From: Macrostomum lignano
Taxonomy: Eukaryota
Direction of reading: 5' to 3'
DNA: 64,000 nt
Assembly: GCA_002269645.1 (NCBI GenBank)
Contig: NIVC01000130.1
Span: 558,001 to 622,000 of the forward strand
The notes beneath the pieces were generated by a model, which searched no databases, had not been told where the DNA came from, and saw only the letters and a list, made by a program, of their open reading frames with translations. Both the position numbers and the translations under genes were made by a program. This document shows, piece after piece, positions 1 to 9,896 of the stretch (its first letter is position 1; each line of letters starts with the position of its first letter).

Positions 1-260
1 ACAAGACCGGCAGAGGGAACAGGAGAGTGTTTCCAAGTTTATCAACTGGTCCCAGCCAATCACCGAGCTTCGAGACGGGCAGAGAGAGCAGGAGAGTGTG
101 TCCAAGTTTAAAAAGTGGTCCCAGCCAATCAGCGTGCTTCGAGACGGGCAGAGGAAACAGGAGAGTGTGTCCAAGTTTATAAACTGGTCCCAGCCAATCA
201 CCGTGCTGCGCCACGGGCAGAGGGATCAGAAGGGTGTCCTATATTTTGAACAGGCCAATC
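1..260. repeat. 69-bp tandem repeat (intron 3 of GT32 copy A, continues off-window)
   Basis: Unit starts recur at 11, 80, 149 and 218; each contains CAGCCAATCA. Confidence 0.9.
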
Positions 261-331
261 AGCGAACAAAGAGGGGTTGCGAGTCGTTTATTACGCGCGC
301 ATAATGTTAATGTTAAAAACCAAAAGCTCAC

Positions 332-1848
332 TGTTTTCTCCTGACGGATGGTAGCATCTCCAGCGATAATTCTGATTAGAGTCCATCACGGGTGACATGA
401 CGTAATCGGGCAGCAGATCCACTGGATGCCGGCCCCCGTCCTGACCCTCCTCCCAGTAGGCCTTGAGCGCTCGGGTCAGCAGGTCCGGTCCCGTCGAGGA
501 CACGGGGTCGCCGAATTTGCGCACCTTGAGCAGCTCGGCGATGCTGCGGTTGAAAAATGGGTGACCCGGCGTGGCGCCCATGCCGGAGTTCATGGCGTTG
601 AAGCTGCGGTTCCACACGATCTGCGCCTGCATGGTGTTCTCCTGGTCCACGAAAGCCGAGTAGTTGGCCAGGCTCGGAAAGAAGGGACGCCTGCACTCGA
701 CGTCCATGTCGATGTAGATGCCTGGAATGGAAGGAAGCATAGGTTGTGTAGTACCGAAAACAGAATACGCTCGTACAGCACAGAATACAGTACAGAATAC
801 AGCACAGAATACAGCACAGAATACAGCACAGAATACAGTACAGAATACAGCACAGAATACAGTACAGAATACAGCACAGAGTACAGCACAGAGGCACCTT
901 ACCCCCAAACTTGTGCAAGATGAAGTATCTGGCGGCATCAGACTTTTCCAGCGGATGCTTGAACTCTTTGAACTTCCACTCTAGATGGGGATAATGCACT
1001 TTAATCAACTGATCAATGTCTCTGTCAGTCCATAGGTAATATTTCATGTCGGGATTTAGCTTCACGCAGGACTCAATGTACTTTTGGTAAGCCGTTATCA
1101 CTCGTGAGGTTGAAAAAGTTTGATGGAGAATTTTCGGAATTCGTCGATTTCCAGTGCCAGTAATAATGAGCCTTTGAATTGTGCTGTAATTCCCTGTTAA
1201 TTCCCTGCTACCGCTGCTGTTTCGGTCTCTTGCGGGATGAAATTTCGAGAATGAAAAGTTGGCTACTCTTGGAATCTTGAAATTGTTGACAGGCAAGTAG
1301 AGGAAGGCCTGCAAATTGAAAATTTTGGGTTCGGCATCATATAGAGGATAAATATCAGCACAGATCCCTAAACAACCTTTTCTAACGAGAAAATACGTTC
1401 ATTGAAACGATGGTATCACCGGTATGCAACACCCAGTACCACTGGTATATTGAGCTGCAACACCAGGTATCACCGGTATATTGAGTAGCTGCAACACCCG
1501 GTATCCCCGGTATATTAAGTAGCTGCAACACCCGGTATCACCGGTATATTGAGTAGCTGCAACACCCGGTATCACCGGTATATTGAGTAGCTGCAAAACC
1601 CGGTATCACCGGTATATTGAGTAGCTGCAACACCCGGTATCACCGGTATATTGAGTAGCTGCAACACCCGGTATCACCGGTATATTGAGTAGCTGCAACA
1701 CCCGGTATATTGAGCTGCTATCGGTACATGTACACCTGGTATCACCGGTAAAAGGAGCTACCACAGAATAAACAGAAACTGTAAAGCTCACCATCACAAA
1801 TATGCTCGCCACAATTGATTTTATTAAAAGAATTTGTTTTTTTAACAT
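332..1848 (-). CDS. Glycosyltransferase family 32 (DxD sugar-binding, SUR1/OCH1-like) type II membrane protein, copy A; 3' exon lies off-window
   Basis: Exons 1848-1792 (MLKKQILLIKSIVASIFVM, signal anchor), 1308-903 (IPKILHQTF, NPDMKYYLWTD, EKSDAARYFILHKFGG) and 721-332 (GIYIDMDVEC DxD motif, STGP). GT-AG sites are phase-consistent and exon structure matches copy B. Confidence 0.85.
774..892. repeat. 12-bp minisatellite (ACAGAATACAGC)n in GT32-A intron 2
   Basis: Direct reading; it produces the spurious STEY/CAVF repeat ORFs. Confidence 0.95.
1415..1752. repeat. 34-bp minisatellite in GT32-A intron 1
   Basis: Unit CCGGTATATTGAGTAGCTGCAACACCCGGTATCA; starts at 1561 and 1595. Confidence 0.9.
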
Positions 1849-2887
1849 GATTTGTTTTATGTTCAGACGCAGAGATTACAGACACAAGCTTATTAGAAAA
1901 ATTGTTTTATAAAACCCTTGGCAACCTAAGAATACAGAGTTTTTAGTTCTAAGGATCAGCAGTATTTTGGGGTTGAGCAGAGGCAAAACAGTGCAGTGAA
2001 AGGAATTTTTGCTTGCTTCAATTGCTGGTAACTGTACGCGATTTTGAGTACATAGCCTGAGAGACTGAGTTGGTTTAACTTCATCTGAAATCTCATTGGT
2101 TTTGCAGCCAAATCAATGGGAACAGAGAAAGAAGTACACGCAGATTGGGGACTTCACACAGTTTTAGGGGAAGCTTAGGACATGCAGGGATGAGAGAAAA
2201 TGTTCAACTTTTCTGCTAGCCAGAAACCTAAAAGGTTTCGCCTGATATTCTTCTTTAAAGGCCAATTTCTCTGCCTTTTTAGAAGCTGGCTTTGCACTCT
2301 TCATCCTCAGTTCTTGACTGTCTTTCCTTTTTCAGTCTCTAACCAGCCTTGGTCTCTTTCAAGAGGAGAGTTAAGCATTAGGGAGGGATGAGAGTAAGGG
2401 AGGGTAAGAGTAAGGGAGCACGCGAAGGTGTATTCAGCACGCCAGTGAAGTATGAGACAGACCAGGCCTAAGGGCTACGGTCTGCGATGCTTCACGCCTG
2501 CCCCTATATTCAGCAGGTCAAGGCTGGAGAGGGAGGTCTGCACCCGCTATTTGCCACTGGCAGCCGCAGACCCCCCCTCACGCTGTTTCACAAGTCGACC
2601 CAGGGTACTCGTCCCCGCGTGTGTTCAAGGCAGACCCTAGGGCTGCTGGACAGACTGGGCTCCGACGCTGGCGACCCATCCAGTGGCTTCGGCCGAATTT
2701 GGGTATGCGGGTCTGGCTTGCCAGCCTGCAGGCCGTGGTACTGCTTAACGTACCCCCTAATGCCTAAGGTGTTTGACCGTGCCGATGGGCTGGAAGGCCG
2801 GGGGGTTGTCCGGTCGCTAGCGGTCCTTTTCTTTTTCTTCTTTCCTCTTTCTTTTGTGACTCAGCTCACTCCTTCCCGCTTTCAGCT

Positions 2888-4354
2888 ATGGCGTCATCCG
2901 CCTCTTTAACCCCCGCTGAAGCCGGGGCCCCGGCAACTCCGGCCGGTGACTCTGGCACCAGCGCCGCCCCACCGGGGGCAGATGGGCTTGCCGCCGGCTC
3001 GGCTGGTGACATGCCCGCACGCGCAACCGGGCCCTCCGCTGAAGCCCGACGCACCCGCAACCAACGCCGCAACGAGCGGCGACGGCGACTACGGGGTACT
3101 GCGGGCCGGCCACCGGCGGAAGGGGAACCTAGGGAGGGCGAGGCTGCTGTTGGGCCGAAAGGAACCACAGCAACCCCTGCCCCCCAGGATACAACCCCCG
3201 CTGGTGAGCCACCCAGTATACCTGCTACAAGCGCGGCCGGGCCTTCGGGAACCGCCGCCACCAACTACGCCTCAAAGGTCAAGCTCCAACCGGCGGTCAT
3301 CGTCTTCGGGGAAGAGCAGGACCTCACGGCCGACGAGCTCGACAGTGCCTGGCGCACCATCGATGCTGCGCTCATCGACCAGCTCCTGGCGGGCCGCCCT
3401 GTGAGCGTGGTCAAGTCTGCCAAGACCGACGGCTGCATCTTCATCTGGTGCAGCTCGGAGGAGAGCAGCCGCAATCTACGCGAGCTTCTGCCAAAGCTGA
3501 ACTGGCCCAAGAAGCTCGGCAAGCTCGTCTTCGCCAGCGAGGGCGAACGACAGAAGACCCAGCGCTTTCGCGTCTGGATCCCGGCCGGCAGTGCCATTAA
3601 GTCCGGAGATCAGCTTAGGCAAATATTGCTAAAGCTGCACCCCGACCTTAAGGTCAACGGGCTCCTACACCACGCCACTTCCCGCAAGGAGAAGGGGGCT
3701 ACGGTGATCCTAGGGCTCTCTGATGACTGGGCTAAGCGCTTGCCGCCTAAGTCCACAATTCATATTGGTCTGACTCAGCTGACCATCCTCCGTTGCGAGG
3801 AGCGGAAAGCTGATGAAGCCAAGAATGCCAAAGCTTCCGAAACCGGAACTGGGGCCCAGGCTCCTCCGGCAAAGAAGCCGAGGCAAACGGCCGATCCTAT
3901 GCCCGGTAAGGCAGTTCGCGCTGCTGAAACCGGAAATCGCAATCGCAGACCCGCCAGGAGCACCCGGAGGTCCGGCCTGATCCAGCGCGCGCTGGACCAG
4001 GCCAAGAACCTTCGTGCGCATCGTGAGCGGGCCCGCGCTTCTCGCGCTCCACCCCAACAGCCAGAAGGCCAGACTCTAAGCGGGGAGGCTCCGACCGACT
4101 GGTTCGAGTCTGTGACTCACCAGGAGGCTGGCGCCACCCGCATCGACCTGACCGACGAGGCAGAGGGGACGGGCAGTGACAGCACCGAAGCACGCAGGAG
4201 AGGCGACGGTAACGTCCACGCTGGGCTCACGTCCGCGGAGGACTCCACAGCCACCCTAACTGCTGAGGACGCTGAAACTCCCATGGAGGTCTGCGGGTCA
4301 CCCACCACTGAAAAGGAGGAGGATGACCTGCTCAACGATTCCCCAACTGCGTGA
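2888..4354 (+). CDS. LINE ORF1 (488 aa; disordered termini, basic patch, central folded domain, no CCHC knuckle seen)
   Basis: Long ORF directly upstream of ORF2 inside the TSD-bounded element. Confidence 0.85.
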   Translation: MASSASLTPAEAGAPATPAGDSGTSAAPPGADGLAAGSAGDMPARATGPSAEARRTRNQRRNERRRRLRGTAGRPPAEGEPREGEAAVGPKGTTATPAPQDTTPAGEPPSIPATSAAGPSGTAATNYASKVKLQPAVIVFGEEQDLTADELDSAWRTIDAALIDQLLAGRPVSVVKSAKTDGCIFIWCSSEESSRNLRELLPKLNWPKKLGKLVFASEGERQKTQRFRVWIPAGSAIKSGDQLRQILLKLHPDLKVNGLLHHATSRKEKGATVILGLSDDWAKRLPPKSTIHIGLTQLTILRCEERKADEAKNAKASETGTGAQAPPAKKPRQTADPMPGKAVRAAETGNRNRRPARSTRRSGLIQRALDQAKNLRAHRERARASRAPPQQPEGQTLSGEAPTDWFESVTHQEAGATRIDLTDEAEGTGSDSTEARRRGDGNVHAGLTSAEDSTATLTAEDAETPMEVCGSPTTEKEEDDLLNDSPTA

Positions 4355-4356
4355 TA

Positions 4357-7300
4357 ATGATCAGCAACCAGGGAATCCATTGCCTGCAGATTAATCTGCA
4401 GCACTGCGTCGCAGCCTCGGTCAACCTTATGCGTTACGCCGAGCTCGACAAGCCGGGGCTCATCCTCGTCCAGGAACCCTGGACTCTCAGAGGTAAGCCT
4501 CAAAACGCCCCTGCTGGCTACAATTGTTTTTATACTTACCCTCGCGAGGCCAACCAGCCTCCCAGAGCTTGCATCTTTGCGAGCAAAACGCTCAGTGCGT
4601 GGCTCAGATCGGACCTGTCCAACAGGGACATCTGCGTCATCCAATCCGAGGACCTTCTTCCTGGGAAGACCACCCTCATTGCCTCGGTTTACCTACCAGG
4701 CGATGCTGCGGTCGTCCCCAGAGCCCTCGCTACGCTGGTAGAGCTCTGCTCTGCCAAAAACTACGAGCTCATGGTTGCCGGCGACATCAACGCCCACCAC
4801 ACTCACTGGGGCAGCACTGGCATTAATCAGAGAGGCGAAGACCTCCTAGCCTACGTTGCCTCTACGACCCTCGAGTTCTGCAACTCTGGGTCCACCCCTA
4901 CCTTTGACAACGGACGGTGGTCGGAGGTGATCGACGCTACGCTCGCAACGCCCAGACTCTACCAGAGTATTGGGGCGTGGCGGGTGCTTCCAGTGTCCTC
5001 ACTATCGGATCACAAGTTCATCTCCTTCAACCTAATGGCCGCGCGTAGCGCAACTCGTGTTATGTGGAGACGGAACGCCAGAAATACGGATTGGGAAACC
5101 TTCGGGCTCGCCCTGAAGGAATTCCATCGGTCTCCTGGCCAACCATCCACGATCACGTCGTGCCGAGAGGCGGATGAGTGCGCGACTGTTTTGACAGAGA
5201 CGCTAACCGCCGCCTTTGAGGCGTCCTGCCCTTTAAAAGCCTATAAAGGGAAAAAATCGGCGCCGTGGTGGAATCCCGAGCTCGGCAACCTCCGTCGCAG
5301 GGCTAAGAGACTCCACCGCAGAGCAACTAAAACTAAGAGCCCTGCAGACCAAACCGCCTATCATGAAGCAATTCATGAGTTTAAAAGGCAGGTTAGGAAT
5401 GCAAAGGCTCAAAAATGGCGACAATACTGTGAGGAGCTAGAGGGCTCACGCCCCACCTCCAGAGTTGTGAAAGCGCTCACGCTGGACAAAATGTCTAAGC
5501 TCTCCTCGGTCAAACGCACCGACGGTACGTCCACGGACAACCCAGGGGAAACGCTTGATGTAATGCTCACTGCGTTTTTCCCTAACGAGCCAGCTAACCA
5601 GACCACTCCGGATCACTCGGAGGGAGGTCACGCGCTGGCTGCATCTATCATCACGGAGGACCGCATTGTGAGAGCGGCAAATTCCTTCAAGCCTTTCAAA
5701 GCCCCAGGACCCGACGGCATTGTACCGGCCCTTCTAAGAGAGGCGGTTAAATGCCCAGGCTTCCTGCGCAAACTTTGCAGCCTTCTTCGGGCATGCATCA
5801 CGCTTGGTTATGTCCCGCAGGCATGGACCGAGGCAAAGGTGATCTTTATCCCTAAGCCAGGCCGCCCGGACTACCATTCTATCAAATCCTTCAGACCGAT
5901 CAGCTTGACCTCCTCCCTGGTCAAGCTGATGGAGAGACTGGTGCTTTGGCGCCTTCTCTCTGTTGAGCTGAAGAACAAACCTCTCAGCGAGAACCAGCAC
6001 GCTTTTCGGGCGGGTCGCTCCACTGAAAGCGCGCTGCACGTCCTGGTCGATAAACTCGAGAAGGCCGTGCTTGGTAGTGGCTTTGCTCTGGGGATCTTCC
6101 TGGACATCATTGGCGCCTTCGATAACGTCCTCTTTGAGGCGTTCCGAAGAGCTCTTTGTGAGAGGCTAACGCACTCACATCTCACCAGATGGATCATGTA
6201 CATGATCAGCCATCGCACGGCCACCGCCAGTCTGCTGGGCTACCAGAGGACGGTCCCCGTCTGCAAAGGTAGCCCGCAAGGTGGGGTGCTGTCTCCAGTT
6301 CTCTGGAATATGGTCATTGATGAGCTCCTCCGGGATGTTCGGCCTGACCCCATTCTGAAAGTTGGATATGCGGACGATGTCACCGCGGTGGCATCTGGTC
6401 CGTCCCCTGATACCCTCAGGGACCTTCTTCAGAACTTCATCTACGCTGCTGAGCAATGGGCGGACCGCTGTGGTTTAAGGCTCTCTGAGACTAAGACCGC
6501 AGCGATCATGTTCACCAGCAGGACCAAGTGGCAGATTCGGCCGCTCACGCTTTACGGAAGGGAAATCCCCTTCTGCAAGCAGACTAAATGTCTGGGTATT
6601 ACCCTGGACCACAGGCTGAACTGGTCTCCCCACGTTCAAACAAAAGCCAAAAAGGCCTTCGCAGTCCTCGCGCAATTGCGCAGGGCCGTCGGCACCACCT
6701 GGGGGCTCACCCCCAAGCGCCTCTGGTGGATCTACACTGCAATGGTTAGGCCCGCTATCTCGTATGGCGGCCTGATCTGGGCTAGCGCCCTGCAGATAAA
6801 GACCTGTCTAGAGGCTCTCAGGAGAGCGCAAGGGCGCGCTTGTCGCACGATCATGAGCGCCCCTCCGTCTGCTCCTTACGATGGCCTCAACGCCTTCCTC
6901 AACATTCCTCCGCTGGACATCTTTGTCCGCAGGGAAGCGGCTAAGACTGCCCGCCGTCTAGCTGACGCTGGCATTCGAATCCAGCCCCATAGGGCCATGG
7001 CTAAGCGCAAGCTTCTGCCCCACGCTGACCTCTGCCTCAAGGACTTGAGAGACAGCGGCGGGCTCCACGTCCTATCTGACGGCGAACCCCGCACTCTCAA
7101 CCTCTTTCAGCGCTACAAGGTCACCATCCCCTCTAGGGATGCTGCCAATGACCACTGGAATTTCCAGGAGGTCCATTGCTACACGGACGGATCCATCAAA
7201 GACGGTCGCGCCGGCTTTGGGGTCTGCATCATCATCAACGGCCGCGTAATTGCCACGCATGCCCAGCACACTGGTAGACTCTCCACAGTCTTCCAGAACG

Positions 7301-8061
7301 AAGTCCTTGCCATCAGCTCTTGCGCTGCAGAGCTAAACGCCAAGGTTACGAGAGGAAAGACTATTGTCATCCACTCCGACAGCCAAGCGGCCTTACAGGC
7401 CCTTTGCCACACCACAACGAACTCCCGGACAGTCGCCGACTGCGCCCGGCAGCTCAACCTCCTGGCCAGAAGCAATACTGTCAGGCTGAAGTGGATCCCA
7501 GGGCACGCAGGGTTTCCGGGGAACGAGCTGGCAGACACCCTCGCCAAGAGGGGCGGCTCTGGCTCTTTTTTCGGCCCTGCCCCCCTGGTCCCTATGCCCT
7601 TGACAGTCATCAATCGTCAGATCGACGACTGGGCTGACTCCCTCCACAGGGACAGATGGGCGGGCACCCAAAACTGCCGGCAATCTCGTGCCGCGGTTCC
7701 TTGCCCGTCTCACAGGCTCAGAAACATCCTTCTGAACCAGAATCGGAAGGATATTCGAGCCCTTGTCATGACCCTTACCGGCCATGGCTACCTCGCCAGG
7801 CACTGCTTCCTCCGAGGCGACCTCGAGAGCGAAATTTGCCCCTTTTGCGAGTGCGACAATGAAGATGCTCAGCACTTTGTCTGTCACTGCCCTTTCTTTA
7901 ACAGAGACCGGCTACGCTACCTCGGGCCGAACCCGTCCATTGACGAGGTTTGCCAGCCCGACAGCATCCCACGGCTCATCCAGTTCCTTCGGGCGACTAG
8001 ACGAGCCAGTTTCTTCCCAACGGAAGATCACGCTGCAGGACGGACCGGCGGACCACCCTGA
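4357..8061 (+). CDS. LINE ORF2 polyprotein: AP endonuclease, reverse transcriptase, RNase H, C-terminal CCHC
   Basis: LQINLQH, QEPW, GDINAHH and SDH (APE); KAPGPDG, FRPISL, QGGVLSP and YADD (RT); YTDGS, NEVLAI, SDSQA and WIPGHAGFPGNELAD (RNase H); CPFC-x8-H-x4-C. Confidence 0.97.
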   Translation: MISNQGIHCLQINLQHCVAASVNLMRYAELDKPGLILVQEPWTLRGKPQNAPAGYNCFYTYPREANQPPRACIFASKTLSAWLRSDLSNRDICVIQSEDLLPGKTTLIASVYLPGDAAVVPRALATLVELCSAKNYELMVAGDINAHHTHWGSTGINQRGEDLLAYVASTTLEFCNSGSTPTFDNGRWSEVIDATLATPRLYQSIGAWRVLPVSSLSDHKFISFNLMAARSATRVMWRRNARNTDWETFGLALKEFHRSPGQPSTITSCREADECATVLTETLTAAFEASCPLKAYKGKKSAPWWNPELGNLRRRAKRLHRRATKTKSPADQTAYHEAIHEFKRQVRNAKAQKWRQYCEELEGSRPTSRVVKALTLDKMSKLSSVKRTDGTSTDNPGETLDVMLTAFFPNEPANQTTPDHSEGGHALAASIITEDRIVRAANSFKPFKAPGPDGIVPALLREAVKCPGFLRKLCSLLRACITLGYVPQAWTEAKVIFIPKPGRPDYHSIKSFRPISLTSSLVKLMERLVLWRLLSVELKNKPLSENQHAFRAGRSTESALHVLVDKLEKAVLGSGFALGIFLDIIGAFDNVLFEAFRRALCERLTHSHLTRWIMYMISHRTATASLLGYQRTVPVCKGSPQGGVLSPVLWNMVIDELLRDVRPDPILKVGYADDVTAVASGPSPDTLRDLLQNFIYAAEQWADRCGLRLSETKTAAIMFTSRTKWQIRPLTLYGREIPFCKQTKCLGITLDHRLNWSPHVQTKAKKAFAVLAQLRRAVGTTWGLTPKRLWWIYTAMVRPAISYGGLIWASALQIKTCLEALRRAQGRACRTIMSAPPSAPYDGLNAFLNIPPLDIFVRREAAKTARRLADAGIRIQPHRAMAKRKLLPHADLCLKDLRDSGGLHVLSDGEPRTLNLFQRYKVTIPSRDAANDHWNFQEVHCYTDGSIKDGRAGFGVCIIINGRVIATHAQHTGRLSTVFQNEVLAISSCAAELNAKVTRGKTIVIHSDSQAALQALCHTTTNSRTVADCARQLNLLARSNTVRLKWIPGHAGFPGNELADTLAKRGGSGSFFGPAPLVPMPLTVINRQIDDWADSLHRDRWAGTQNCRQSRAAVPCPSHRLRNILLNQNRKDIRALVMTLTGHGYLARHCFLRGDLESEICPFCECDNEDAQHFVCHCPFFNRDRLRYLGPNPSIDEVCQPDSIPRLIQFLRATRRASFFPTEDHAAGRTGGPP

Positions 8062-8170
8062 CCGGCCCCACGCCTCTGCCTGTCTGCGGGCCTTCAGGGG
8101 CTAGCGGAATGGGCGACCCTCGCCTCCCCGCTGTGTCTACGGACCACCCTGCAGCTAAGTCAAGTAAGTC

Positions 8171-8955
8171 AAGAGTAAGGGAGGGTAAGAGTAAGGGAGG
8201 GTAAGAGTAAGGGAGGGTGAGAGTAGGGGAGGGTGAGAGTAGGGGAGGGTGAGAGTATGGGAATTGCTGAGAGTAGGGGAGGGTGAGAGTAGGGGAGGGT
8301 GAGAGTAGGGGAGGGTGAGAGTAGGGGAGGGTGAGAGTAGAGGAGGGTGAGAGTAGAGGAGGGTGAGAGTAGAGGAGGGTGAGAGTAGGAGAATTGCTGA
8401 GAGTAGGGGAGGGTGAGAGTAAGGGAGGGTGAGAGTAGGGGAGGGTGAGAGTAGGGGAGGGTGAGAGTATGGGAATTGCTGAGAGTAGGGGAGGGTGAGA
8501 GTAGGGGAGGCTGAGAGTAGGGGAGGCTGAGAGTAGAGGAGGGTGAGAGTAGAGGAGGGTGAGAGTAGGGGAGGGTGAGAGTAGGGGAGGCTGAGAGTAG
8601 GGGAGGCTGAGAGTAGGGGAGGCTGAGAGTAGAGGAGGGTGAGAGTAGGGGAGGGTGAGAGTAGAGGAGGGTGAGAGTAAGGGATTGTGAGAGTAGGGGA
8701 GGGTGAGAGTAGGGGAGGGTGAGAGTATGGGAATTGCTGAGAGTAGGGGAGGGTGAGAGTAGGGGAGGGTGAGAGTAGGGGAGGGTGAGAGTAGGGCAGG
8801 GTGAGAGTAGGGGAGGGTGAGAGTAGGAGAATTGCTGAGAGTAGGGGAGGGTGAGAGTAGGGGAGGGTGAGATAGGGGAGGGTGAGATAGGGGAGGGTGA
8901 GAGTAGGGGAGGGTGAGAGTAGGGGAATTGCTGAGAGTAGGGGAGGCTGAGAGTA
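8171..8955. repeat. 16-bp G-rich minisatellite (GAGAGTAGGGGAGGGT)n
   Basis: Direct reading; two units also lie left of the LINE (2390-2418). Confidence 0.95.
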
Positions 8956-9264
8956 TTTGTCAGCTGATTATTAGGGCTGTCATATCATGTTGGAAACTCA
9001 AAAAGTTGAAATATTTATAATTTTATATGGAATTCAAAGGCACTGAGTGCTCAAATACGGATATATCGGATGAGTTACAGAGTGGTTCGGCGTGCACGTT
9101 TATTTGATAGAAATAATGTATGCAATTATAAATTACAAGGTCATAGAACGGTAAAATTCTAGAAAAGAAACATTTTTGTAGAAAAAAATATTTGTAGAGT
9201 TTAAGGAAAAAAAATAAATTTTTGAGGAATGACAGGATTTTTGAGAAAATAAACTTTATATAGC

Positions 9265-9838
<574 letters not shown>

Positions 9839-9896
9839 ATAAAAATACAGCTCAGAGGAGTACTAATAATCTTGTTGCTGCAAAGTTCTCTTCATA

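Larger units (their letters stand above)
2419..8170 (+). mobile_element. Full-length intact non-LTR retrotransposon (APE-RT-RNase H; LOA/Lian-like, I group)
   Basis: Two open ORFs, ~470-nt 5' UTR, short 3' UTR ending TAAGTCAAGTAAGTC, and 13-bp TSD AAGAGTAAGGGAG at 2406-2418 and 8171-8183. Clade assignment is from domain order and remembered motif similarity. Confidence 0.92.

Noticed and set aside
2419-2887. HDV-like ribozyme in the LINE 5' UTR
   Set aside because: Candidate L3 loops (TCCCCGC, TTCACGC) lack matching P3/P1 pairing by manual inspection; an RNArobo/Infernal search would be needed.
3265-7887. Antisense and alternate-frame ORFs over the LINE, Gypsy (31410-35245) and GC-rich exons
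   Set aside because: Shadow ORFs expected from high-GC coding DNA; no independent motifs.
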